From NCBI GenBank assembly GCA_035573755.1, contig DATLZY010000005.1, positions 33,190 to 97,189 of the forward strand: a DNA stretch of 64,000 bases, read 5' to 3'. Source of the stretch: Candidatus Acidiferrales bacterium (GTDB lineage: Bacteria > Pseudomonadota > Gammaproteobacteria > UBA5335). Numbering within the stretch: the stretch's first letter is position 1; the number at the start of each line of letters is the position of its first letter. A program made the translations under genes and the position numbers. Positions 11,300 to 23,000 of this stretch are shown here, in pieces. The notes below the pieces were generated by a model. It saw nothing but the letters and a program-made list of their open reading frames with translations. It did not search any database and was not told the origin of the DNA.

Positions 11300-11328
11300 G
11301 GCGCCGCAGATTGCGGCGCCTTTTTTTG
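11300..11328 (+). terminator. intrinsic terminator after the orphan pmoC
   Basis: 9-bp stem ggcgccgca/tgcggcgcc with a 3-nt loop, followed by TTTTTTT. Confidence 0.85.
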
Positions 11329-11445
11329 TGCTCAAGCTCACCAGGAGCCGGCCGATACCCTGCATGAAGTCCTGCATCCGGTTGGGCTTCCGCCGCGCCC
11401 GAGCAAGACGAGCCGACGTGTCGAAACAAACAACAGGAAACCATC

Positions 11446-11772
11446 ATGAACAAGAATATGAAAATCGGTGCTTTTTCGATCCTCTTCGGTGTGTTGCCGC
11501 TGGCCGCCCAGGCGGACATGACCGCCATTTCCTACAGCGAGCTGGCGGGGATCAGCGGCCAGGCCCTGACGCTCGATATCGGCAAGACCAAGGACAAGGG
11601 CTTGTCCCTGTCCATGGATGCCACCGGCGGCACGTTCTCGGTCGGCCCGTCCAAGAGCAAGTTCAGAACGCTGGGCTATTCCAATCCCGACACGGGCGCT
11701 GCGTTCAACTTCGATGGCGGCCGGGACAAGTCCAAGGGGTTTAGCTTTAGTTGGACGATGCCGACGCCCTGA
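11446..11772 (+). CDS. small secreted protein of unknown function (108 aa)
   Basis: Signal peptide MNKNMKIGAFSILFGVLPLAAQA followed by a Gly/Ser/Lys-rich mature part with no Cys or His. Bracketed by two terminators. Confidence 0.6.
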   Translation: MNKNMKIGAFSILFGVLPLAAQADMTAISYSELAGISGQALTLDIGKTKDKGLSLSMDATGGTFSVGPSKSKFRTLGYSNPDTGAAFNFDGGRDKSKGFSFSWTMPTP

Positions 11773-11796
11773 TTCCGCTGCAAGGTCTCATACCGC

Positions 11797-11828
11797 GACA
11801 GGGGCCGAGAGGCCCCTGTCCTGTTTTC
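11797..11828 (+). terminator. intrinsic terminator after the small secreted protein gene
   Basis: 10-bp stem gacaggggcc/ggcccctgtc with loop gaga, then ctgttttc. Confidence 0.8.
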
Positions 11829-11930
11829 ATCGGCGTGCAGTTTGCATTGCGCCGTCCGTGTTCTTATAACGATCGGACCACCCTACTCCGAGGCGTCCCC
11901 TTGCCACAGCAATCATTCGGTTACCTGGCC

Positions 11931-13159
11931 ATGGCATTGGCCGTGGGCTTGCTGATCGGTCTGGAGCGAGGCTGGCAGACACGCGCGCTCCCGGAAGGCG
12001 AGCGCATCGCAGGGCTGCGTACTTTCGGCCTACTGGGACTTCTCGGCGGCGTTGCCAGCTTGCTGGGCCGTCCATTGGGCAGCAGTGTCGCGGCGGCGAT
12101 CTTCCTGTCCGTCGCCCTAATCATGGCGGGCGGCTACCTGCTGCGGTTTCGCGCCGATGGCACCGCGAGCGCCACCACCACGGTGGCGGCACTGGTGACT
12201 GTGGGGCTGGGCGCACTGGCTGGGCTGGGCGAGTTGGCCCTGGCCGCTGCCGGAGCGGTCGTCACGACGATGCTGCTCAACCTCAAACCGATCTTGCACA
12301 CCGGAGTGGCACGGCTCCAGGCGAGCGAACTGCGTGCTACGCTGAACTTGCTGTTGATTTCGGTGGTCTTGCTGCCGGTCCTGCCCAATGCGGGTTACGG
12401 TCCCGCCGGCATCTTCAATCCGCATCGGATCTGGATGATGGTGGTGCTGATCGCCAGCATCTCGTTTGCCGGTTACTTTGCCGTCAAGCTGCTCGGAGCC
12501 GACCGCGGCATCCTGCTGACTGGCTTGTTCGGGGGCTTGAGTTCGTCCACGGCGGTGACCTGGAGCCTCGCCCGGATCGCGCGCAGCGAGCCGGACTGGA
12601 GCCCGACACTTGCAGCCGGCATCCTGGTGGCTTGCGGCACCATGTTCCCGCGCATCCTGCTGGTCGCCGGTGTCGTGCACCCGCCTCTCGTTCGGGCGCT
12701 GGCACTGCCGCTGGGCGTGATGGCAGGGATGAGCTATACAGGGGCGATGTGGATCTGGTGGAGGCAGCACCAGCGCATCGACAATCCGCCCCTGACGCTG
12801 AGCAATCCTTTCCAGCTGCGCATGGCCATCCGGTTTGCCGCCCTGCTGCTCGGTGTCTTGTTGGTCGCCGAATGGATCAGGACCCGATGGGGCGATCCGG
12901 GTCTGTACGGGCTCGCGGTGCTGTCCGGTCTTTCGGATGTCGATGCCATTACGCTGTCGCTTGCGCGCATGGGGCAGGAGGGGCTTGCCATCCCGACGGT
13001 CCTGCTGGGGATCCTGTTGGCTGCAACATCCAACACCATGGTCAAGATGGGGTTTGCGCTTGTCTTGGGCGGTCGAGCCGTGGGCATGCGGGTCGCGGGC
13101 GTCCTCGCAGCGGCCATGCTCTCGGGGTTGCTGATCGGTCTTGGGCTGAACGTGGCGCG

Positions 13160-13163
<4 letters not shown>
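11931..13163 (+). CDS. MgtC/SapB-family plus DUF4010-type integral membrane protein
   Basis: N-terminal LAVGLLIGLERGWQ motif typical of MgtC/SapB, then about 10 further hydrophobic helices. The start is uncertain (ATG 11931 or TTG 11901). The ORF track extension to 11751 overlaps the upstream gene and terminator. Confidence 0.75.
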
Positions 13164-15432
<2,269 letters not shown>

Positions 15433-15444
15433 CTAACCCATGGT

Positions 15445-16050
15445 TTACCGAGAAATCTCGCCGGGCGCCGCCGACGTTGCGTCGGGCGCCTCGGTCGTTT
15501 GCAGCAACCTGTAGTGGAGTTCTCCCGCTCGCCCTTCCCGCCAGACCGACCATCCGGCCGGCAGGATCGGATCCCGGCCGCGCGGCATCTCCACATACAC
15601 CTTGCCGCCGGGGCGGACGGCGCCGGTCCGGTCCAGCGCAGCGAGTACCGTTTCCCAGAGCGCGTCCGCGAATGGGGGATCGACGAAGACGATATCGAAC
15701 GGACGCTCGTTGCCGGCGAGCCAGTTCAGTGCCGCGGCACGCTGGCAGGACACGCCGTCCATGCCGATCCGCGTGAGTTCGCCACGCAGATGATCGATGA
15801 CGTGCGGGTTGCGATCCACCAGCATCACCTCCCGGGCCCCGCGCGAGCGCGCTTCCAGTCCCAGCGCGCCGCTGCCGGCAAAGAGATCGAGGCAGCGTGC
15901 CCCAGGCAGGTCGGGCGCCAGCCAGTTGAATAGTGTTTCGCGCACACGGTCCGGCGTGGGCCGCAGGCCCGGTGCTGGTGGAAAAGCCAGCCGGCGGCCG
16001 CGCCACTGGCCCGCGATGAGGCGGATCTGGTTGCGCTTCGCGGGGGCCAT
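15445..16050 (-). CDS. rsmD: 16S rRNA (guanine966-N2)-methyltransferase
   Basis: DLFAGSGALGLEA SAM motif and the DPPF motif. Start taken at MAPAKRNQIRLIAGQWRG. The ORF-track extension to 16443 runs through the SMR gene region. Confidence 0.88.
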   Translation of the reverse strand: MAPAKRNQIRLIAGQWRGRRLAFPPAPGLRPTPDRVRETLFNWLAPDLPGARCLDLFAGSGALGLEARSRGAREVMLVDRNPHVIDHLRGELTRIGMDGVSCQRAAALNWLAGNERPFDIVFVDPPFADALWETVLAALDRTGAVRPGGKVYVEMPRGRDPILPAGWSVWREGRAGELHYRLLQTTEAPDATSAAPGEISR

Positions 16051-16052
16051 GC

Positions 16053-16382
16053 TCAGGTGCTGCCGGCCAGATGCAGTCCGACCACGCCCGCGACGATGAG
16101 GCCGAGACTCAATCCCTTGAGTGCGTTCCACGATTCCCCGAACCAGACGACACCGATGCCCGCAATGACAGCCGTTCCCACGGCGGACCAGATCGCGTAG
16201 GCCATGCCCACCTCCAGCGTGCGCAAGGCGCGGGCCAGCGCCGTGAAGGCCAGCAGGTAACAGACGAACATCGTCAGGGTGGGGCCCAGTCGGCTCAGCC
16301 CCTCCGAGAGCTTCATCGCCGTGGTGCCGGCGATTTCGAAGCCGATGGCGAGCATCAGCGCGAGCCAGCCCTGCAGGATCAT
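16053..16382 (-). CDS. SMR-family small multidrug efflux protein (EmrE/SugE-like)
   Basis: 109 aa with 4 TM and a conserved membrane-embedded Glu in FEIAGTTAMK. Confidence 0.85.
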   Translation of the reverse strand: MILQGWLALMLAIGFEIAGTTAMKLSEGLSRLGPTLTMFVCYLLAFTALARALRTLEVGMAYAIWSAVGTAVIAGIGVVWFGESWNALKGLSLGLIVAGVVGLHLAGST

Positions 16383-17659
16383 GACTCGGCGGCCTTGGCC
16401 AAGGCTTGCGTGATGTCGGCGAGGATGTCGTCGATGTGCTCAAGGCCGACCGATAGCCGCACCATGTCGGCGGTGACGCCGGCCGCCTCGAGTTCGCCGG
16501 GGCCGAGCTGGCGATGGGTCGTGGTGGCCGGATGGCAGGCCAGGGACTTGGCGTCGCCGATGTTGACCAGCCGCACGACGAGCTGCAGGGCGTCGATGAA
16601 GCGGGCGCCGGCTGCCGCCCCGCCGCGGATACCGAAGCTCAGGATACCGGAGGCCTGACCGCCCAGATAATGCCTGGCGCGGGCATGCTGGGGGCTGTCG
16701 GGAAGGCCGGCGTACTTGACCCAGCTCACTTGGGGATGCCGATGCAGGAACTGGGCGACGGCGAGCGCGTTGGCGCAATGCCGCTCCATGCGCAGCGGCA
16801 GGGTCTCGATGCCCTGGAGCAGCAGGAAGGCGTTGAAGGGCGATAGGGCGGCGCCCATGTTGCGCAGGGGCACGACGCGGCAGCGGCTGATGTAGGCGGC
16901 CGGTCCGAAGGCGTCGGTGTAGACCACGCCGTGATAGGATGGATCGGGCCGCACCATCATGGGAAAGCGTTCGGCGTGCTCGGCCCACGGGAAACGCCCC
17001 GAATCCACCACCAGGCCGCCCATGGTGGTGCCGTGCCCCCCCATGTACTTGGTGAGCGAATGCACCACGATGTCCGCGCCATGATCGAAGGGACGCAGCA
17101 GGCAGGGCGTGGCGACTGTGTTGTCGACGATGAGCGGGATGCCGTGGGCGTGGGCGATCGCGGCCAGGCGGGCGATGTCGGCGATTTCCCCCGAGGGATT
17201 GCCGATCGACTCGCAGAACAGCGCGCGCGTGCGCTCGTCGATGGCCGCTGCGATGCCGTCGAAATCCTCGTTGCCGAGCAGGCGCACCGCGATGCCGAGC
17301 TGCGGCAGGGTATGGGCAAACAGATTGTAAGTCCCGCCGTAGAGCTTGGCGGTGCTGACGATGTTGTCCCCGGCCGTCGCCAAGGTCTGGATGGCGTAGG
17401 TGATGGCCGCCATGCCTGAGGCGACGGCGAGCGCGCCGACGCCGCCTTCCAGCGCCGCGACACGTGCTTCCAGTACGGCCGTCGTGGGATTCATGATGCG
17501 CGTGTAGATGTTGCCCGGCACCTTGAGATCGAACAGATCCGCGCCATGCTGGGTGTCGTCGAAGGCATAGGACGTCGTCTGGTATACCGGCACCGCGACG
17601 GCGTGCGTGGTGGGTTCGGGCGTATAGCCAGCATGGATCGCCAAGGTTTCGGGCTTCAT
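16379..17659 (-). CDS. metY: O-acetylhomoserine aminocarboxypropyltransferase (sulfhydrylase)
   Basis: 426 aa. N-terminus LAIHAGYTPEPTTHAVAVPVYQTTSYAF and PLP-lysine region HSLTKYMGGHG. Confidence 0.9.
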   Translation of the reverse strand: MKPETLAIHAGYTPEPTTHAVAVPVYQTTSYAFDDTQHGADLFDLKVPGNIYTRIMNPTTAVLEARVAALEGGVGALAVASGMAAITYAIQTLATAGDNIVSTAKLYGGTYNLFAHTLPQLGIAVRLLGNEDFDGIAAAIDERTRALFCESIGNPSGEIADIARLAAIAHAHGIPLIVDNTVATPCLLRPFDHGADIVVHSLTKYMGGHGTTMGGLVVDSGRFPWAEHAERFPMMVRPDPSYHGVVYTDAFGPAAYISRCRVVPLRNMGAALSPFNAFLLLQGIETLPLRMERHCANALAVAQFLHRHPQVSWVKYAGLPDSPQHARARHYLGGQASGILSFGIRGGAAAGARFIDALQLVVRLVNIGDAKSLACHPATTTHRQLGPGELEAAGVTADMVRLSVGLEHIDDILADITQALAKAAES

Positions 17660-17840
17660 GGGTACGATGTCTCCGTGTTCTTATGAATCGAGGTGGCGTC
17701 ACATCCGGTGGGCTGAGGCGGACCTGCGTCAGTCTACCCAAGCGAGGTGCGCGTTCCTACCGGGCTATCGGGGCGGGTGGTAGCATAGCCGGCCGAAGCG
17801 GGCGTTCCGATGGGCGCCGATCGATCAGCGGGAGGCAGGC

Positions 17841-19286
17841 GTGGAGCAGGTGATGGTGCAGTTGCAGGCGTGGCTGGCCCAGTTGGTCGTGTGGATGCCT
17901 TGGCTGGGCGACGAGCAGGGCGCCCTGCTGGCCGTTGCGCTCCTCGTTGCAGTGACGGTCGCCGTGGTGGCCGTGGCGCTCGTCGCGCGGCGCCGGCGTT
18001 CGCGCCGCATCGTTCCCGCAGCGCCCGATACCACGGCCCTGCCGGAAATCCGGCAGCCGACCACGCCGCTCCCTTCCCGTCCCGCTGAAGCGCCGCTGCC
18101 GGCGCCCGCACGGGAGGAGGCGCAGCCCGAGGCTGCAGCGGCTCCTCCGGCTGCGCCGGTCGAGCCAAGGCCAGTACCCGAACCTGTGGCGCCGCCAGCC
18201 GGGCTTGCCCCGGCGCCCGTCGAACGGCCATCAGAAGCGCCAGCCCCGGCTTTGCAACCGTTGCCGCCCGAGGCCATCCCGGCTGCAAAAGAACGCTTGG
18301 AGACGCCCGAGGCGCCGGAACCGACTGCTGAGGCAGTCGTGCCTCGGATCGGGTGGCTGGGCCGGATCCGGGCCGGCTTGAGCAAGACCCGCGCTGGACT
18401 GGTCGATGGTCTGGGCAGCCTGTTTCTGGGCGGTAAGCGTCTCGACGATGACTTGCTGGAGGATCTGGAAACGCGGCTGCTCATGGCCGACGTCGGGCTT
18501 GATGCTACGCGCCGTATTCTGGATGGACTGACCAAGCGGCTGGGACGCAAGGATCTGGTGACACCCGAGCTGGTGCGCACCGCGCTGGCCGAGGATATGA
18601 CGGCGCTGCTCGCACCGTGCGAGCAGCCTTTGCAGATCGCGGCGGACGCCAAACCCTTCGTCATTCTGGTGGTGGGCATCAACGGCGCCGGCAAGACCAC
18701 GACCATCGGCAAGCTGGCGAAGCGGCTCAAGGCCGAGGGGCGCAAAGTGATGCTGGCGGCGGGCGACACCTTCCGTGCGGCAGCGGTCGAGCAACTTCAG
18801 ACCTGGGGGGCGCGCAACGATGTGCCGGTGGTGGCGCAGCACACCGGCGCGGACAGCGCCTCGGTGATCTACGACGCGGTGGCTGCCGGTCAGGCGCGCG
18901 GGGCGGATGTGGTCATCGCCGACACCGCAGGTCGCTTGCATACGCAGTCCAATCTCATGCAGGAGCTGGCCAAGATCAAACGCGTGCTGGCCAAGCTCGA
19001 CCCCCATGCACCTCACGAGGTGCTATTGGTTGTCGATGGTGGGACCGGACAGAATGCACTCAATCAAGCCCAGCAATTCCATCAGGCGATCGGTCTGACC
19101 GGGGTTGCGATCACCAAGCTGGACGGCACCGCCAAGGGCGGCATGCTGTTTGCTATCGCCCAGAAGCTGGGGGTGCCGATCCGTTTCATCGGGGTTGGCG
19201 AGGGCATCGAAGATCTACAGCCCTTCGTGGCGCGGGATTTTGTTGGCGCGCTGCTGGGACTCGAGCAAACAGGCGGGTCGGATTGA
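17841..19286 (+). CDS. ftsY: signal recognition particle receptor FtsY
   Basis: NG domain with GINGAGKTTTIGKLA, DTAGRL and TKLDGTAKGG. The N-terminus has a hydrophobic helix and a Pro/Ala/Glu-rich tract. GTG start preceded by GGGAGG. Confidence 0.93.
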   Translation: MEQVMVQLQAWLAQLVVWMPWLGDEQGALLAVALLVAVTVAVVAVALVARRRRSRRIVPAAPDTTALPEIRQPTTPLPSRPAEAPLPAPAREEAQPEAAAAPPAAPVEPRPVPEPVAPPAGLAPAPVERPSEAPAPALQPLPPEAIPAAKERLETPEAPEPTAEAVVPRIGWLGRIRAGLSKTRAGLVDGLGSLFLGGKRLDDDLLEDLETRLLMADVGLDATRRILDGLTKRLGRKDLVTPELVRTALAEDMTALLAPCEQPLQIAADAKPFVILVVGINGAGKTTTIGKLAKRLKAEGRKVMLAAGDTFRAAAVEQLQTWGARNDVPVVAQHTGADSASVIYDAVAAGQARGADVVIADTAGRLHTQSNLMQELAKIKRVLAKLDPHAPHEVLLVVDGGTGQNALNQAQQFHQAIGLTGVAITKLDGTAKGGMLFAIAQKLGVPIRFIGVGEGIEDLQPFVARDFVGALLGLEQTGGSD

Positions 19287-20012
19287 ATGCCGGCGCAGCT
19301 TGATCTTCAGCCGGTCTCGAATTCGCCGATCGTCCGGTTTGCCTCGGTCAGCAAGCGCTATGCACACGGCGGCGACGCATTGAAAGACGTGAGCTTCGCT
19401 CTGCCGCGCGGACAAATGGCCTTTCTCACCGGGCGTTCGGGCGCCGGAAAGAGCACGCTGCTGCGGCTGATCGCTTTGCTCGAGCGGCCCAGCCGCGGAC
19501 AGGTTCAGGTCTGCGGCGACCAACTGGCGCATCTGTCGCGCCGCCAGATTCCACGGCATCGGCGGCGTGTGGGACTGATCTTTCAGGACCATCGATTGCT
19601 AGCGGACCGAACCGTCTTCGACAACGTGGCGTTGCCGCTCGTGGTCGCGGGCTGGACGCCCGGGGAGGAACTGGCGCGACGCGTGCGCGCAGCGCTGGAC
19701 CAGGTCAGCCTGTTGCATCGGGAACAGGCTTTCCCGCCCACTCTCTCGGGTGGCGAGCAGCAGCGGGTAGGTATCGCCCGCGCGATCGTGGCCAAGCCGG
19801 AACTGCTGCTCGCGGACGAGCCGACAGGCAACCTTGACCCTGCCTTGTCGCGCGACATCATGGACTTGTTTCGACGGCTCAACGCCGCTGGGACGACGGT
19901 ACTGGTGGCATCGCATGACCTGGCGCTGATCCGCAGCCTGAACAAGCCCATGCTGGTTCTCGAAGACGGTGAACTGAGTCATGCCGATGAAGCACTCCAG
20001 AACGCCGGCTAA
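19287..20012 (+). CDS. ftsE: cell division ATP-binding protein FtsE
   Basis: Walker A GRSGAGKSTLL, signature LSGGEQQRV, Walker B LLLADEPT. ftsYEX order. Confidence 0.93.
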   Translation: MPAQLDLQPVSNSPIVRFASVSKRYAHGGDALKDVSFALPRGQMAFLTGRSGAGKSTLLRLIALLERPSRGQVQVCGDQLAHLSRRQIPRHRRRVGLIFQDHRLLADRTVFDNVALPLVVAGWTPGEELARRVRAALDQVSLLHREQAFPPTLSGGEQQRVGIARAIVAKPELLLADEPTGNLDPALSRDIMDLFRRLNAAGTTVLVASHDLALIRSLNKPMLVLEDGELSHADEALQNAG

Positions 20013-20994
20013 CAGGCGGTTGCGGGGCACGAGGCCGACAACGCTAGCCGTGACGGCGCGGCGGCGGGTCTCTGCCCGCGCTCGGATACGCGCCTATGTG
20101 CAGACGCATCTCTGGTCGGCCTCTGCAGTCGGGATTCGTCTGCTTCGAATGCGTCAGATCAGCCTGTTGACGACGCTGGTCATTGGGTTGACGATGTCGT
20201 TGCCGACCGTCCTGTACGTTCTTTCCAGCAATGTCCAACGCCTGTTGCCGGACTGGCGCGCCGATACCCAGGTATCTATTTTTTTTCGAATGGATACCCC
20301 GTTGGAGGGCGCCCGCGCACAGATCGATGCGTGGGTGCAGCTCCCGGGCGTCGCTCGGGCCGACCTGATTCTGCCCGAGGTGGCATTGGCCGAGCTCAGG
20401 TCAATGCCCGGATTCGACGCGGTGATCGGCGCGCTGGACACTAATCCCTTGCCCATCGTTGCGGTGTTGCGGCCGCGTTCGGCGCGCGATGCGGATCTCA
20501 ATGCCCTGATCGGCGAACTCCAGCAGAGCCCCATCGTGGAGCGGGTGCAACTCGATCGTGAGTGGCTGGAGCGGCTTCAAGCCATCGCCGCGCTGGTCAG
20601 ACGGCTTGCACGCCTCATGGGCCTGCTTTTCGCGCTGGCGGTGATGATGGTGATCGGTCACGCCATCCGCATGGAAGTTTACAGCCGGCGCAGCGAGATC
20701 GAGATCACCAAGTTGGTCGGCGGAACCGATGCCTTCATCCAGCGCCCTTTCCTCTACACCGGCTTGGCCTACGGGCTGTTTGGCGCCTTGATGGCGTGGG
20801 TCGTGGTTCAGGTGGCCGTATGGATCATGAGCGGGCCCGTCGCCCGTCTTGCCGCGCTTTACCAGACCGAAGCCCGGCTGCACGGGCTCGGATTTGCCGA
20901 CACGGCGTTACTGATCCTGATTGGGATGGGCTTGGGCGGTATCGGCGCCTTCGGGGCCGTGCGGCGCCAAATCAGGCATATCGAGCCGACGTGA
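19981..20994 (+). CDS. ftsX: cell division permease-like protein FtsX
   Basis: 4-TM FtsX architecture directly after ftsE. The start is uncertain (19981 or 19987). Confidence 0.85.
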   Translation: MPMKHSRTPANRRLRGTRPTTLAVTARRRVSARARIRAYVQTHLWSASAVGIRLLRMRQISLLTTLVIGLTMSLPTVLYVLSSNVQRLLPDWRADTQVSIFFRMDTPLEGARAQIDAWVQLPGVARADLILPEVALAELRSMPGFDAVIGALDTNPLPIVAVLRPRSARDADLNALIGELQQSPIVERVQLDREWLERLQAIAALVRRLARLMGLLFALAVMMVIGHAIRMEVYSRRSEIEITKLVGGTDAFIQRPFLYTGLAYGLFGALMAWVVVQVAVWIMSGPVARLAALYQTEARLHGLGFADTALLILIGMGLGGIGAFGAVRRQIRHIEPT

Positions 20995-21007
20995 CGCCGT
21001 TCGCCAC

Positions 21008-21661
21008 CTACAGCGTGCGCAATCCCTGAGGCCCGGAAAGGAGCACTTCGTCGGCCGGACGCATGGCAAACAGCCCGACCGTGACGATACCGGGGATGTC
21101 GTTGAGATCCCTCTCCCAGGCGACGGGATCATCGATGAGCAGGCCGCTCACATCTAGAATCAGGTTGCCGTTGTCAGTTACCACACCTTCCCGCCACTTG
21201 GGACGCCCTCCGCGTTTGACCAGTTGGCGTGCCACGAAGCTGCGCGCCATGGGAATGACTTCCACGGGCAAAGGGAAACGACCGAGGCGATCGACAAGTT
21301 TGCGGTCATCGGCGATGCACAAGAAGTGGCGGCTGGCCGCGGCGATGATCTTTTCCCGCGTCAGCGCCGCACCGCCACCTTTGGTGAGATGGCGCTTGGC
21401 GTCGATCTCGTCGGCGCCATCCACATAGAGCGGGATCTCGTCGGCCTGATTGAGGTCGATGACCTCGAAACCGCGCGCGCGTAGCCGCGCCGCGCTGGCA
21501 TCTGACGCGGCGACGGTGGCCGTGAGTCTGATGCGTCGCTCGGCCAGGGCATCGATAAAGGCATCGACGGTGCTGCCGCTGCCTACGCCCAGCGTGATTC
21601 TTTCGGGAACGCGCGCCGCTGCGGCGACGGCAACGGCACGCTTGAGGGAGTCGGTGTCCAT
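21008..21661 (-). CDS. rpiA: ribose-5-phosphate isomerase A
   Basis: 217 aa with [18 protein letters not shown] and the DGADE motif region. Confidence 0.92.
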   Translation of the reverse strand: MDTDSLKRAVAVAAAARVPERITLGVGSGSTVDAFIDALAERRIRLTATVAASDASAARLRARGFEVIDLNQADEIPLYVDGADEIDAKRHLTKGGGAALTREKIIAAASRHFLCIADDRKLVDRLGRFPLPVEVIPMARSFVARQLVKRGGRPKWREGVVTDNGNLILDVSGLLIDDPVAWERDLNDIPGIVTVGLFAMRPADEVLLSGPQGLRTL

Positions 21662-21730
21662 GCTAGACCTCGGGCGGCCGGGAAGGGCAGCGCCATACTA
21701 GCGCGTCAGCGGTGCGGTGACCACTGTCGT

Positions 21731-22363
21731 TCAAAGCAGAAACAATGCCATCAGGCTCAGCACGAAGCCGAGCCCACCCAGCCCAATTCCCCAGAGCAGT
21801 CCTCGCCGGCGATGTTGTGCGCGGTTACGGAGGAACTCGAGCAGCGCCTGGAAGCGGACATCGATGACGGCGTAACCGCCGATCTGGCCTTGTGCCGTGA
21901 ACCAGGGACGCGCGGCTGAAATGCAGTAATCACAGGTGGCCATGGAAATATAGGGCTCGGTGATCACGAGGTTGGAGCGGGATTTGGCCTGCTGGTAGTA
22001 GGGGCGGGTGCTGCGGTCCTTGCCGCGCTGATTGGAACCTTTCTGGACGCTCAGGTTGCGGTCGACCGAAATGTTTTCGCTGCGTTGGATGCCGTTCTCG
22101 TCGAGGCTGTAGAGCAGTTCGATGAAGGGGTAGCGGGTGACGAGGTCGCGCATCACCTGGATCAGGATTTCGTCATCGTCCTGCAGGGTTCCGCCCAGGC
22201 GGTGCAATGGCTGGGTGATCTCGGACATCAGGGCGCCAATGGCTTCCCGGTGTTCTTCGAACAGTCGCGCGGTTTCCCGTTTTTCGCCGACATGCACTGG
22301 CAATTCTCCGCTGAGCTTCAACAGAAAATGATTCAGACTCGCCGATTGCAGGCGGATGATCAT
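21731..22363 (-). CDS. stand-alone Cache/PDC-like sensor domain protein with a C-terminal TM anchor
   Basis: RPYYQQAKSRSNLVITEPYISMATCDYCISAARP resembles the Cache-domain core. The only hydrophobic helix is at the extreme C-terminus (LLWGIGLGGLGFVLSLMALFLL). GGGAGGAA RBS. Confidence 0.6.
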   Translation of the reverse strand: MIIRLQSASLNHFLLKLSGELPVHVGEKRETARLFEEHREAIGALMSEITQPLHRLGGTLQDDDEILIQVMRDLVTRYPFIELLYSLDENGIQRSENISVDRNLSVQKGSNQRGKDRSTRPYYQQAKSRSNLVITEPYISMATCDYCISAARPWFTAQGQIGGYAVIDVRFQALLEFLRNRAQHRRRGLLWGIGLGGLGFVLSLMALFLL

Positions 22364-22529
22364 GGATTCCTCCCAAGACCTCGAGCAAGCCGCAAAGCGG
22401 CAATGATGGGGAAAGCAACGATCGCGCCGGAAAGAGGGTCTTTATTTTTCAATGCGCTGAGCTGGTGGCGGGGCAAGGTCTGCCCCTCAGTGGCGCACAT
22501 TCTACGCCGCACTGTTCGTTGTGGCACCA

Positions 22530-23000
22530 TCAGACGACGGGGTATCCGGCCAGTTCGAGCAATGTCGCCCAATGCGTGGCGCTCACCGGCATGACGGACA
22601 ATCGGGTGCCGCGCTTGAGCAGGATCAGCCCGTCGAGTTCGGGGCGGCCGCGCAATTCCGCGAGCGCAAGCGGTCGCGGCAGATGGCTTTCGTAGGCGAC
22701 GTCCACCAGATACCAGCGTGGCCTGTCGGGGGCGCTTGCCGGGTCGAAGTAGCGCGATCCCGGATCGAGCGCGCTGGGGTCTGGATAGGGGTCGCTGGCC
22801 ACGCGGGCGACTCCCACGATGGCCGGGACGTCGCAATTGGAGTGATAGATGAGAACGCCGTCACCGACGCGCATCTGGTCACGCATCATGTTGCGTGCCT
22901 GGTAGTTGCGTACACCATCCCAGGGTTCGCGGCCACGGCGGCGCAGGTCGTCGATGGAGAACGTGCTGGGTTCGGTTTTCATGAGCCAGTGACCGGTCAT
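22530..23000 (-). CDS. EVE (PUA-like) domain protein
   Basis: MTGHWLMKTEPSTFSIDDL...WDGVRNYQARNMMRD...GDGVLIYHS is a typical EVE domain. Its ATG overlaps the 5-FCL stop (ATGA). Confidence 0.85.
   Translation of the reverse strand: MTGHWLMKTEPSTFSIDDLRRRGREPWDGVRNYQARNMMRDQMRVGDGVLIYHSNCDVPAIVGVARVASDPYPDPSALDPGSRYFDPASAPDRPRWYLVDVAYESHLPRPLALAELRGRPELDGLILLKRGTRLSVMPVSATHWATLLELAGYPVV

Noticed and set aside
15445-16443. N-terminal extensions offered by the ORF track. Examples are rsmD to 16443, ahcY to 44733, zapA to 24642, 5-FCL to 23806, gcvT from 28576, ubiH from 26287, the OMP from 46941 and pmoB from 62569.
   Set aside because: The extensions overlap neighbouring genes or RNAs and lack homology-like sequence. 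Internal starts with RBSs give canonical N-termini.
16440-17741. 433-aa minus-strand ORF in an alternative frame of metY
   Set aside because: It lies on the same strand as metY but out of frame, with an Arg/Pro/Gly-rich translation. The metY frame carries the PLP-enzyme motifs.
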